From NCBI GenBank assembly GCA_903840015.1, contig CAIMEL010000004.1:30671-94670 (forward strand): 64,000 nucleotides of DNA. The letters run 5' to 3'. Shown piece by piece: positions 8,752-18,229 of this stretch. Every line of letters begins with the position of its first letter. Within the stretch, counting starts at the first letter, position 1. The stretch is from an uncultured bacterium. GTDB lineage: Bacteria; Patescibacteriota; Dojkabacteria; SC72. The notes beneath the pieces are model-generated. The model did not search any database. It saw only the letters and a program-made list of their open reading frames with translations, and was not told the DNA's origin. Both the position numbers and the translations under genes were made by a program.

Positions 8752-9172
8752 TTTAGTTGAAACAATAATTTTAGAGAAGAGTAAGATAGACAGTAATTTT
8801 AAAAACTCTCTTGAGTTAAAACTAACTGAAAAGTTAGAAAACAAAAATAAATTTATTCTATTTAATACAATGAGAAAGATATTAATAATATCTCTTGTAC
8901 TATTCCTGGTCGTATGTGGAGGATACATAGGTTATGGATTACTCCAAGAGAAGAATACTCCAGAACCAATAGAGAGTGATCATCAAGAGGAGGAAACAAA
9001 TAATATTGGTATAGCAAATCCCGCATCAACTAACTGTATTGAAAAGGGAGGAAAAGTAATAATCGAAGAGGAGAGTGAGGGACAGGTTGGATACTGTGTT
9101 TTTGATGATAGCAGCAAATGTGAAGAATGGTCATTTTACAGAGGAGAGTGTAAAAAGGGTGATATGAAGTAG
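8738..9172 (+). CDS. Putative anti-sigma factor: N-terminal cytoplasmic part, TM, DUF333 domain
   Basis: Overlaps sigma gene; C-terminal IANPASTNCIEKGG...GYCVF.D...CEEW.FYRGEC is the DUF333 signature. Confidence 0.75.
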   Translation: MRKYDLVETIILEKSKIDSNFKNSLELKLTEKLENKNKFILFNTMRKILIISLVLFLVVCGGYIGYGLLQEKNTPEPIESDHQEEETNNIGIANPASTNCIEKGGKVIIEEESEGQVGYCVFDDSSKCEEWSFYRGECKKGDMK

Positions 9173-9394
9173 CTAATTACTGGCGGCCCATAGTATTTGC
9201 ACCTCTTTTTTGATATAATATTGTATATAAATATAACTGCTCTTTATATATTAAAACATTTGAAACAATTTAATTCGTTTCAAATATTTTCGAGTAAAGC
9301 TATAAGGGTTCAACATAATAGAAAACAATCTATTGCTTTTTACTAAGTTGGACTCTTACCAAAGAGATAACACAGACCCCACAAGGAGTACATC

Positions 9395-9511
9395 ATGACC
9401 CCAGCTTTACTCGAACTCGTTTGCTATGTTGTTATAGGCATCATTGCCTTAATTCTCCTCGGAGGAATAGCTGTCTTCATTGCAGCAAACATACCAGGAA
9501 AAAAAGAATAA
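9395..9511 (+). CDS. 38-aa single-TM peptide (type I toxin-like)
   Basis: SD AAGGAG at 9383-9388; MTPALLELVCYVVIGIIALILLGGIAVFIAANIPGKKE*; embedded in strong stems. Confidence 0.7.
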   Translation: MTPALLELVCYVVIGIIALILLGGIAVFIAANIPGKKE

Positions 9512-9587
9512 CAGCAGGCACCCGAAGGGATGTAATATATTTGGACTTCATAGTCTACAATATCTCTTTCATCCCTTCGGTAAATCT

Positions 9588-10781
9588 CTAAACAAACGTT
9601 AAAGCAAAACCTTTCTTTCCAGCTCTTCCTGTTCTACCTATACGGTGAATATAATCATCATAAGTCTGAGGCATATCATAATTGATAACATGTGAGATAT
9701 TATTTACATCTAAGCCTCTAGAAGCTACATCAGTAGCTATTAGGACATCAATAAAACCCTTCTTAAACTTATCAATAATCTTTGTTCTCTGATTCTGCCT
9801 CTTGTCACCATGTAATGCTTCTACATAAATATGTTTCTCTAATAATCTCTTACAAAGCCTATCTGCCTCTCTCTTAGTAGATGTAAATATCAAAACCTTC
9901 TTTAATTCCTCATGTGTAAGTAATTCTAACAAAACATCCCCTTTGTTCTGATCTTTTTCTAATCTAACAACATCTTGATCAACATTCTTACCAGGACCTT
10001 GAACTTCAACTTCGACTTTAATAGGGTTGAGGAGTAATGTATTAGCTATCTCTTCAGACTTTCTATCCATAGTTGCAGAAAAAAACAGAGATTGTCTATT
10101 TTTATTTAACTTCTGAATAATGAATCTAATATCAGCGATAAAGCCCATATCTAACATTCTATCTACCTCATCCAATACAACATTATTTATGTATGAAAGA
10201 TCTAGATACCCTCTCTCTGTTAAATCCTTAAGTCTTCCAGGAGTACATATGACGAACTCTGGATCAGTTCTCAAAACATTTATTTGAGTCTTCATACTAT
10301 TTCCACCCATAATTAGAACACTCTTCAGACCTGTGTTCCTAGACAAACTTCTAAATTCGTCTTGAATCTGTATTGCAAGCTCTCTAGTAGGCTCTACAAT
10401 AAGGCACTTGTCATATCTATTCTTCATGATCTTGTTAATCATTGGAATTAAGAAAGCAGCTGTCTTCCCAGAGCCGGTACTTGCAATTCCTAATATATCT
10501 TTACCTTTCAAAATCTCAGGAATAGCCTGATACTGTATCTTAGTAGGGTTACTATACCCTTTAGAATATATATTGTTCTTAAGTATCGTATGTATATCAA
10601 ATTGAGAGTAGTTATAGTCATCTACGAACATATTAACTGGTTCGGTATCTACAGCTTTTGCTATCAATTTATCAATACTAATTGTACTTGATCTTTGAGA
10701 AAATCTAGACCCTCTATTCCTGGATCCCGAATATCCTCTATGTGAGCGGTATCCGCTCTTGTTTGTGTGATTGTATCTCAC
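9588..10781 (-). CDS. DEAD/DEAH-box RNA helicase
   Basis: Q motif, TGSGKT, PTRELA, DEVD, SAT, HRIGRTGR. Confidence 0.96.
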   Translation of the reverse strand: MRYNHTNKSGYRSHRGYSGSRNRGSRFSQRSSTISIDKLIAKAVDTEPVNMFVDDYNYSQFDIHTILKNNIYSKGYSNPTKIQYQAIPEILKGKDILGIASTGSGKTAAFLIPMINKIMKNRYDKCLIVEPTRELAIQIQDEFRSLSRNTGLKSVLIMGGNSMKTQINVLRTDPEFVICTPGRLKDLTERGYLDLSYINNVVLDEVDRMLDMGFIADIRFIIQKLNKNRQSLFFSATMDRKSEEIANTLLLNPIKVEVEVQGPGKNVDQDVVRLEKDQNKGDVLLELLTHEELKKVLIFTSTKREADRLCKRLLEKHIYVEALHGDKRQNQRTKIIDKFKKGFIDVLIATDVASRGLDVNNISHVINYDMPQTYDDYIHRIGRTGRAGKKGFALTFV

Positions 10782-10930
10782 GGTTGTATTTATTTATTTT
10801 ATTTTCTGTTCGTATAGAAACCGAAAATAAAATTTAAACCGTTAGGTGCTTATCTCGAAGAATCTACATTAAACGAAGACAGAGTATACCATGATATGTA
10901 AAATTAGTATATACAAGATAAAAAAAACAT

Positions 10931-10959
10931 TTGACATCTATTTCTAAAGGTAGTAACAT
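10931..10959 (+). promoter_or_regulatory. sigma70 promoter TTGACA-17-TAACAT
   Basis: Perfect -35 with 17-bp spacer. Confidence 0.65.
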
Positions 10960-11062
10960 GTCGATTACCCAATCACTACGGTGGTGATTGACAGAATTAG
11001 GAAGCAGAAACCTAACCAGTTTCAACTATTCAATTAGTAAGTGCTTCCTTTTTCGCTTTTTC
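10960..11062 (+). ncRNA. Candidate ~100-nt structured RNA ending in an intrinsic terminator
   Basis: CAATCAC/GTGATTG hairpin; AGGAAGCA/TGCTTCCT multi-branch stem followed by T-tracts. Confidence 0.5.
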
Positions 11063-11175
11063 AGACGATACCAACAATTCGCTTTCCCATACACTTTCAA
11101 GTATAATGTAAATATAGAAGAGCAAATTCCTCATCTCAATTTCTTTTTCTAGATCGATATATTATCAACCTTACT

Positions 11176-12048
11176 ATGAAGAAGAATTCAAAAGAAATGG
11201 AGATATTAGTCTTACCTCCCACAGAAAACATACAGGCCATAATAAAGAATTTGCCTGTTAAGTTAACTACAGCGTACTACTACTCTTTGCAATTTCAATT
11301 AAAAAACAACAATACACAAATCCTTCTAAATGGAAGAGATATTAAAGAATTCTCTTTTGTATGGCTTTCTTCCTCGTGGAATACAAGAGATTTAGCTACT
11401 GCAGTAAAAATATACTTAGAGGAGTCCTCAACCCCTCATAGCTTTGTAGAGCAGAATACTTCAAAGATAACGGACAGTATGACATTTGTATTAAACGATA
11501 TTCCATATCCCAATACATACTTTGTTGAAAGTATGAAGACTATGGATCATCTAAAACAGATAGAGAAAACCTGTGGGTATCCTTTGATTATGAAGGATTC
11601 AAAAGGTTTCGGAGGAAATGATATGTCATATATCTCCTGTGAAGAAGAGTTAAAGAAAGTAATATCAAAAAATCATCAAAACAAAAAATATATATTCCAA
11701 CAATATATTCCAAACAACTATGATTGGGGAGTGTTAGTTTCGAACAACAGAATAGTCTCTGCGGAAAGAAGCTACCCAAAACCCGGTGAATTTAGAAACA
11801 ACTGCTCAGCAGGTGCCACAGAGATCTTTGATGATATTAAGAACATACCAGCAGGAGTAAAAGCAATAGCATTAAAAGCTAGTACACTTCTCGGCCTACA
11901 ATGGTCAAGATCAGACATTATCATAGACAAAATATCAAACAAACCATATTTACTAGAAGTAAACAGATTCCCAGGAATCACTCTTGATAGTACAGAGGTA
12001 GTAGGGGCAAACAGTTTTCTCAGAAGTTGTCTTGCAGAGATAGGGTAA
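11176..12048 (+). CDS. RimK-family ATP-grasp ligase
   Basis: GYPLIMK, G.GG, FQQYIP, EFRNN, SDII, LEVNRFPG. Confidence 0.88.
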   Translation: MKKNSKEMEILVLPPTENIQAIIKNLPVKLTTAYYYSLQFQLKNNNTQILLNGRDIKEFSFVWLSSSWNTRDLATAVKIYLEESSTPHSFVEQNTSKITDSMTFVLNDIPYPNTYFVESMKTMDHLKQIEKTCGYPLIMKDSKGFGGNDMSYISCEEELKKVISKNHQNKKYIFQQYIPNNYDWGVLVSNNRIVSAERSYPKPGEFRNNCSAGATEIFDDIKNIPAGVKAIALKASTLLGLQWSRSDIIIDKISNKPYLLEVNRFPGITLDSTEVVGANSFLRSCLAEIG

Positions 12049-12053
12049 ATAAA

Positions 12054-12081
12054 AAAGAGAAGATACAAGTACCTTCTCTTT
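12054..12081 (-). terminator. Intrinsic terminator between convergent genes
   Basis: AAAGAGAAG/CTTCTCTTT stem; T-run on minus strand. Confidence 0.65.
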
Positions 12082-12101
12082 GATATAACACAAGTAGTAA
12101 A

Positions 12102-12308
12102 TTACTCTACTAATTTAATGTTAACAGCATTCAATCCTTTTGGTGTCTCTTCAACTTCATAAGTGACAACATCACCTACTTTTAGCTTTCGAGTTGCTAA
12201 TTCACCCTCTAAAGAGTTCTCATGAAAGAAAATGTCTCTCTCTGATCCTTCCTTACTGATGAAACCAAAACCTTTGTCAGTAACTGTTTTTACTGTACCT
12301 TGTTCCAT
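12102..12308 (-). CDS. Cold-shock domain protein
   Basis: KGFGFI (RNP1), DIFFH (RNP2), KGLNAVNI. Confidence 0.95.
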   Translation of the reverse strand: MEQGTVKTVTDKGFGFISKEGSERDIFFHENSLEGELATRKLKVGDVVTYEVEETPKGLNAVNIKLVE

Positions 12309-12469
12309 AATATTGTGGAATAAAATTAAAGCTTTGGATCTCTTTTGAAAATTTCTTTAAAATCGTCTTAATACTTCCTCTACTGTATAGACATCATAAC
12401 ACGAAACAGTACAGATGTCTTAACATTCAGAAAATCAAAATAGCAATACTTTCTTGATATAATAGCCTC

Positions 12470-13912
12470 ATGATTGTTGGACATAACATAACAAAAGCTT
12501 TTGATTCCAGAATTCTGTTTACAAATGTAAGCTTCAAGATCACTGGTAGAAAGAAAATAGGGTTAGTAGGTAAAAATGGATGTGGTAAATCTACTCTGTT
12601 TAAAATAATAAATGGAGAGGAAGAAAGTACAGATGGAAGTATAGATATTGTAAATGAAAAGATTGGATATATACCTCAGGAGTTTTCATTCCCAGATGAG
12701 TTAGTCGGAATATATTTAGAAGAACAGTTAGAAAGTACTTGGGACTATTACAAGATTGAGAAATTAGCTTCCCAATTAAATTTCGTAAACTTCGACCCAT
12801 ATCAAAGTCTTTCAACCTTAAGTGAGGGGCAAAAAATGAAAGTTAAACTGATAGAGATGATGCTCCATGAACCTACAACACTCTTCATCGATGAACCTAC
12901 AAATCACCTAGATATGGAAGGTATAGAATGGTTTGAAAAATACATTAAAAGCTTGAATATCTCAGTCATTATGATCTCACATGACAGAACATTTTTGAAT
13001 AATGTTGTAGATGAGATTTGGGAGATTGAACGTAAGGGTATAATTCGTTATGTAGGTAACTATGATAACTACAAAGAGGAGAAGCTCAATTTGATAGATA
13101 AATGGAATGATGAATTTAAGGCTCAAGAAAGAAAACGTGCACAACTTGAAAAACTACTTGAGAATGTGAAGAAGATAGGAGATGGGAAGAAGCGTAGTAG
13201 GGCAGTTAGTGCAGCAAAGACAAGAATCAGTAGGTTAGATAAAGACAAGAAATATAGCTATGTTTCTGAAACTGTTAAGAGTATAAAGATAGATACAGAA
13301 GTACATAAATCAAAGTTAATGCTACGATTCTCCGATGTGTCTAAGAGTTATGACAAAAATACTGTTTTCCAGAATCTAAATCTTGAACTTAGAGGAGGAG
13401 AGAAAGTTTGGTTATTTGGACCTAATGGAGCAGGCAAATCAACTATCGTTAAAATAATTACTGGATTGGAAAGTATTGATTCAGGAGATGTTAAGTTAGG
13501 AGAGAATATACGTTTAGGATATTTCTCACAAATTCAGAAGAAGATAGATAGCAAGAATAGTATTCTTGATGAATTTACTAAGAGAACTGGTTGCTACTTT
13601 GCTCATGCATACGGATATTTAGACAAATTTCTTTTTAAAAAGGAGGATGTAACTAAGAGTATCTCCTTGTTAAGTCCTGGAGAAAGAGCTAGATTTGAAT
13701 TCGCAATATTTAGTTACTATGACTATGATATGTTGATACTGGATGAGCCAGATAACCACTTGGATATTGAGACTAAAGAGGTGTTAGAAGAGAGTCTTCG
13801 TGCATACAAAGGAACTATGCTGCTAGTATCACATGATAGATATTTTGTTGGAAATAGTGGTATTACAAAAGTTTTGAATTTAAAGAATGGGATTCTTAAA
13901 GATATACTCTAA
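12470..13912 (+). CDS. ABC-F family ATPase (ribosome-associated)
   Basis: Two ABC domains (GKNGCGKS, GPNGAGKS), DEPTNHLD, SHDR, GNYDNY linker; no TM. Confidence 0.93.
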   Translation: MIVGHNITKAFDSRILFTNVSFKITGRKKIGLVGKNGCGKSTLFKIINGEEESTDGSIDIVNEKIGYIPQEFSFPDELVGIYLEEQLESTWDYYKIEKLASQLNFVNFDPYQSLSTLSEGQKMKVKLIEMMLHEPTTLFIDEPTNHLDMEGIEWFEKYIKSLNISVIMISHDRTFLNNVVDEIWEIERKGIIRYVGNYDNYKEEKLNLIDKWNDEFKAQERKRAQLEKLLENVKKIGDGKKRSRAVSAAKTRISRLDKDKKYSYVSETVKSIKIDTEVHKSKLMLRFSDVSKSYDKNTVFQNLNLELRGGEKVWLFGPNGAGKSTIVKIITGLESIDSGDVKLGENIRLGYFSQIQKKIDSKNSILDEFTKRTGCYFAHAYGYLDKFLFKKEDVTKSISLLSPGERARFEFAIFSYYDYDMLILDEPDNHLDIETKEVLEESLRAYKGTMLLVSHDRYFVGNSGITKVLNLKNGILKDIL

Positions 13913-13959
13913 TCATCTCTATTTACTTCTTTCTTTGGAATGATATATAATTCCAAATT

Positions 13960-14073
13960 ATGGAAATAGTAAACCATTTTAATACAATTAAGTCATATTC
14001 ACTTATCCCATCTATGTGTTGGGCTACACTTGTTGAGCCTACACACTGTACTGGAGGTTTTCTATATCATTAA
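13960..14073 (+). CDS. Putative leader peptide, 37 aa
   Basis: MEIVNHFNTIKSYSLIPSMCWATLVEPTHCTGGFLYH*; ATG 8 nt after TATAAT; 3' end overlaps the antiterminator arm. Confidence 0.6.
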   Translation: MEIVNHFNTIKSYSLIPSMCWATLVEPTHCTGGFLYH

Positions 14074-14120
14074 TCAAAGCAAATTGTTAGTGAAAAACCT
14101 CCAAATACGGAGGTTTTTTT
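14052..14120 (+). promoter_or_regulatory. Transcription attenuator (antiterminator/terminator) upstream of MFS gene
   Basis: Terminator AAAAACCTCC-aaatac-GGAGGTTTTTTT (14093-14120); competing TGGAGGTTTT at 14052-14061. Confidence 0.75.
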
Positions 14121-14217
14121 ATTTTCCACGACTAAAGTATTTGGAAGTTTAACACCCTCAAGTTGAGAGATTTGAGAGGTGCTCATTAACAAATACTAAA
14201 TAAAAAGGAGAATAGAA

Positions 14218-15393
14218 ATGAAAAACACTTTTAAATGGCCTAAAGAGATTTATGTGTATTGGCTTGTAGAATTCATCCATGGTATTGAGCTCATAGGGGC
14301 CGTCCTTTTAATCTTTTTCAAAGATTGGGGAGGTCTAAATCAGGCTCATACCCAAATGCTTCAGAGTTGGTTTACCCTATGGATATTTATCTTAGAGATT
14401 CCTACTGGAGTATATGGAGATGTCTACGGAAAAAAGAAGTCTGTAATAACGGGATTGATATTCCACACGCTGGGAATTGTAGTGTATACAATTGCCCCCA
14501 ATATATGGCTATTTCTACTTGGTGAATTCATATTCGCACTAGGAGTAGCATTCATATCAGGAGCTCAGGAGGCTTGGATATATGATACAACGAAAAAACT
14601 CGGAATTGAGAAGAGGTACAGAGATGTTTCCATAACTGGTAGTAATTTGCATATGATAGGGATGATTGTAGCATCTTTAATATATATACCTTTAAGTAGG
14701 TACTTTTCCGTGGATAATCTGTTTCGTTTGGGTATAGTTCCAAACGTACTATCAATAATTCTCTTTACATTGTTCATAAAGGGGACTGATAGTCAGAACG
14801 GATTGAAACCTGATTACATCGGGATAGTAAAAAAAGGTATGGCAGCAATTACGAAAAATGCTAATCTTAAGAGATTAACTGTGTTTGTCTCTGTAGTTGC
14901 AACCGCCAGCTATTTCGTCATATGGCTTTACCAAGAGTCTCTTAGAGTCTCAAATACACCAGAACCTGAATGGGGTGTATACCGAACAGTACTGTTGATT
15001 TCACAGATAATTCTTGTTCGGATATTAGGAAAGGTATTCAAGAAGTCAAAGCGATTTGCATATTTCGTGATAACACTTCTGGTATCTGCTGGGTTCCTAA
15101 TTGGAGGGATATCGCAAAGTAACATCGGGCTGATTGTCTTACTTGTTCTATCAGGAGGTATAGGCTTGCAAGTAAATACAATTCTCTCAAAGGAGATAAA
15201 TGAGGAGATCGACTCTGAACAAAGAGCCACAGTACTCTCATTTATCGGAATGCTGAAGAGATTAATGCTCACAGTATTTAATCCGGTGATAGGATATCTT
15301 GTAGATTTGAAAGGGGTATATGTCGCTTTCATAATCTTGGGATTATTTACTCTGCTCGCACTGTGGTTTAAGCCCAAAATTAAATTAAAATAG
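14218..15393 (+). CDS. MFS transporter (putative efflux)
   Basis: About 12 TM; EIPTGVYGDVYGKKKS motif A; SGAQEAW; RATVLS; SD AAGGAG. Confidence 0.92.
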   Translation: MKNTFKWPKEIYVYWLVEFIHGIELIGAVLLIFFKDWGGLNQAHTQMLQSWFTLWIFILEIPTGVYGDVYGKKKSVITGLIFHTLGIVVYTIAPNIWLFLLGEFIFALGVAFISGAQEAWIYDTTKKLGIEKRYRDVSITGSNLHMIGMIVASLIYIPLSRYFSVDNLFRLGIVPNVLSIILFTLFIKGTDSQNGLKPDYIGIVKKGMAAITKNANLKRLTVFVSVVATASYFVIWLYQESLRVSNTPEPEWGVYRTVLLISQIILVRILGKVFKKSKRFAYFVITLLVSAGFLIGGISQSNIGLIVLLVLSGGIGLQVNTILSKEINEEIDSEQRATVLSFIGMLKRLMLTVFNPVIGYLVDLKGVYVAFIILGLFTLLALWFKPKIKLK

Positions 15394-15475
15394 TATTTGT
15401 GAAATGAGTTTGGGTGTCTGAACATATATCAATTATTGATATACTAGTAGGACACCCTAAATTCTGCTGATATCC

Positions 15476-17320
15476 CTACCTTTTCCAACTCTTCCTAATT
15501 ATTCTGAAAAGAAAGATATCGAGCAAAGCTATCCAAATGAATGTTGCAGAAATACGTAAACTGTTATTTATAAGGAATGGTATTCCAAAGACTTTCCCGG
15601 CATAAAGATAGTTACCAAATTTCTTCGCTGCGATATCATCTTTTGATACTACAATAATCTTCTCACAATCTATCTTCTCCTTCATAGTACATTTCAAATA
15701 TCCAACTTCACTTCCCGAATCAACAGAACCACCTAACGCACCACTTGAAATATAATTCGTGCCACCTATCAGATACTCACCCATGACATGGGAATGACCC
15801 GATATGAAAGCAGATACATTATGTTTCTTCATCAACTCCATTAGATACTCACTCTCTGCCTTGCTATACATAGTATGCCTTAACTCTTCATCTATTTGAT
15901 TGGACTCATCAAAAAGTCCTGTCACAGTATTAACAGGAGACATATGTGAGAAAACAATGATGTTTTTCTGAATGGCTTCTTCTAAAAGTCTCTCCAACCA
16001 GTCCATTTGAACAGTACCAATTACAGAGCCGGAAGTATCTAAGAAAACATATAGCGTATCTCTTAGAACAAAAGAGTAATACCTTGGTCCAAAATATTTA
16101 TCATACATTTTTCCTCCATCATTCCAGACATCATGATTACCAATGGTAGTATATATACCAACGGGAAGAGACTTGGCTATGGAAGATGCAATCATATATT
16201 CAGTAGGATATCCCCAGTTAACAATATCACCATTCCATATAATGAAATCTGGTTTTTCCTTCAGAGTCTTCTTTACCTCCGGTATATATGTTGAGTAACC
16301 CGAATGAAGATCAGACATCACATAGAAGGTTGTTTCATCTCTCTCTGAGAACTCGCGTGCAGTAGAAATGGTATATTTCTTACCTTTCTCTACCTTAATA
16401 TCTCTCCAATACCCTTTGTCAGTAAAAAAATATGAACTACTTTGAACAGAGGTTATCAAATTCTCATTATCAATACTTTCCTTCTCCCAATATTCAGCTA
16501 CAGGACTCTTTTTAAACTCACTCTCTCTACCATTGATATAGAAGAAGGAGTTACTTAGTGAATTTAGAATTCTTACCCTTACAGTTTGTGTAGAACTACT
16601 TTCAATCGACACCTTGAGTTGAGGATCATTCATTGCTATCACTATCTCTCCATCTAAGCCAATCCTTGGATCTAACATTTCAATTTCCCAAGGAAGATTT
16701 TCTGTAAAATCATAATCTATCAACTTGTAATCAGTATAGTCATAAATATACCCACCCTCTACGAGTACTTGTATTTTTGGAAAAGAATTATTTTCTGAAT
16801 AGAAAGGAAGTCCCTCACCCCTTGGAGTATTGAATAATCCAAGGTACTCTTCCCATTTAAAGGACCATATCAAAGTAAAGAACAGTAGAAAAACAAGGAA
16901 GAATATCTTAGTTACCCAATCAAATTTAATATATTTACCATCTAACCAACTCACATTATCTTTAATCATACTTTTAATGATGTCGAGCCTACTTAAGAAA
17001 AAGAGGAAGGAAAATATGACGAGAAGAAAAAGAGCAGGAGAAATGAGTTGATTATTTATCAAACCATAGTAGAAAACATAAAGGAGAGCAGAGTAATACT
17101 GATACTTTAACAAAATACGACCTTCTTCTTTGAAAAAGAAGAGTAGAGCGCCTCCTGCAATTCCACAGAGTCCATTTATGATTCCAATTGAAACTAAAAG
17201 AAAATGAACTTCACCTCTTGAATATGAATCTGTTACTGTTAGAAGTAAAAGTAATCCTAATACAGAAGCCAAAACTGCAACTGTTCTAGTTAACACAAAA
17301 CTTGTTTTAAGAGTTTTCAT
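15476..17320 (-). CDS. Membrane-bound calcineurin-like metallophosphoesterase
   Basis: SDLH, GDIV, GNHD, SH, GHSH motifs; N-terminal TMs; start uncertain (17320 or 17356). Confidence 0.85.
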   Translation of the reverse strand: MKTLKTSFVLTRTVAVLASVLGLLLLLTVTDSYSRGEVHFLLVSIGIINGLCGIAGGALLFFFKEEGRILLKYQYYSALLYVFYYGLINNQLISPALFLLVIFSFLFFLSRLDIIKSMIKDNVSWLDGKYIKFDWVTKIFFLVFLLFFTLIWSFKWEEYLGLFNTPRGEGLPFYSENNSFPKIQVLVEGGYIYDYTDYKLIDYDFTENLPWEIEMLDPRIGLDGEIVIAMNDPQLKVSIESSSTQTVRVRILNSLSNSFFYINGRESEFKKSPVAEYWEKESIDNENLITSVQSSSYFFTDKGYWRDIKVEKGKKYTISTAREFSERDETTFYVMSDLHSGYSTYIPEVKKTLKEKPDFIIWNGDIVNWGYPTEYMIASSIAKSLPVGIYTTIGNHDVWNDGGKMYDKYFGPRYYSFVLRDTLYVFLDTSGSVIGTVQMDWLERLLEEAIQKNIIVFSHMSPVNTVTGLFDESNQIDEELRHTMYSKAESEYLMELMKKHNVSAFISGHSHVMGEYLIGGTNYISSGALGGSVDSGSEVGYLKCTMKEKIDCEKIIVVSKDDIAAKKFGNYLYAGKVFGIPFLINNSLRISATFIWIALLDIFLFRIIRKSWKR

Positions 17321-17391
17321 ATTATTCAGTATATATATATTGAGAAAGAAATTCACTATAATAGGTGTAATAAAATTATTACAAGTAAGCT

Positions 17392-18162
17392 ATGCTTCTC
17401 AATCTACTTTATGTTTTCCTCTTTATCCTACTTTTACAAGTACTGTTCTTCATATATGCAGTTATTAATAAAACAGATAAAGTAACAGACCTCTCATACG
17501 GTCTTACCTTCGTATTTGGAGGTGCTTTTGCTCTCTTGCTTAATTGGGGAAATATATCTCTATTCAAAATCCTACTGTTTTCACTCATAGCTATATGGGG
17601 ATTGAGATTAGCCATATATCTGTTCATCAGAATACTAAGAACTGGTAAAGACAAACGTTTTGATGGAATTAGAGAAGAGTGGAAGAGATTTGGATCTTTT
17701 TGGCTCTTACAAGCAGTATCTGTATTCATAATTTTACTTCCAGCCACATATATATTTCTTTATCCCTACGAGACTTCATTGAATACCATTTCGGTTTTGG
17801 GCTTCATTGTTGCCTTCATTGGGATATTAATAGAAGGTATTGCAGATTATCAGAAATTTGTTTTTAAAAATAAAACAGAAAACAAAAACAAATGGATAGC
17901 AACAGGACTATGGAAATATTCTAGACACCCTAATTACTTGGGAGAAATAATGATGTGGAAAGGTGTTTTTGTATATGCCCTTGTTTACTTGAACGATCCA
18001 GCTCTTCTTACAATAATTTCTCCATTATTCATAACATATCTTCTAACAAAGGTAAGTGGTATTCCTACTTTAGAAAAAGAGTATGAGAAGAGATATGCAG
18101 ATGATCGTACATATCAAGAGTACAAAGAGAAAACAGGAATACTATTTCCTAAGATAATTTAA
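17392..18162 (+). CDS. DUF1295 / steroid 5-alpha-reductase-like membrane protein
   Basis: WGLRLA, DKRFD, ADYQKF, GLWKYSRHPNYLGE, SGIP.LE. Confidence 0.92.
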   Translation: MLLNLLYVFLFILLLQVLFFIYAVINKTDKVTDLSYGLTFVFGGAFALLLNWGNISLFKILLFSLIAIWGLRLAIYLFIRILRTGKDKRFDGIREEWKRFGSFWLLQAVSVFIILLPATYIFLYPYETSLNTISVLGFIVAFIGILIEGIADYQKFVFKNKTENKNKWIATGLWKYSRHPNYLGEIMMWKGVFVYALVYLNDPALLTIISPLFITYLLTKVSGIPTLEKEYEKRYADDRTYQEYKEKTGILFPKII

Positions 18163-18229
18163 CAAATTGACCCTAATACTGAAATGATCTACACTATACT
18201 GTATGGTGTAATCTTTTATTCATGGTGAT

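Noticed and set aside
10990-11010. GGAAGCAG resembling the SRP RNA domain IV motif
   Set aside because: Lacks the CAGG...GNRA helix-8 context; GGAAGCA instead pairs with downstream TGCTTCC.
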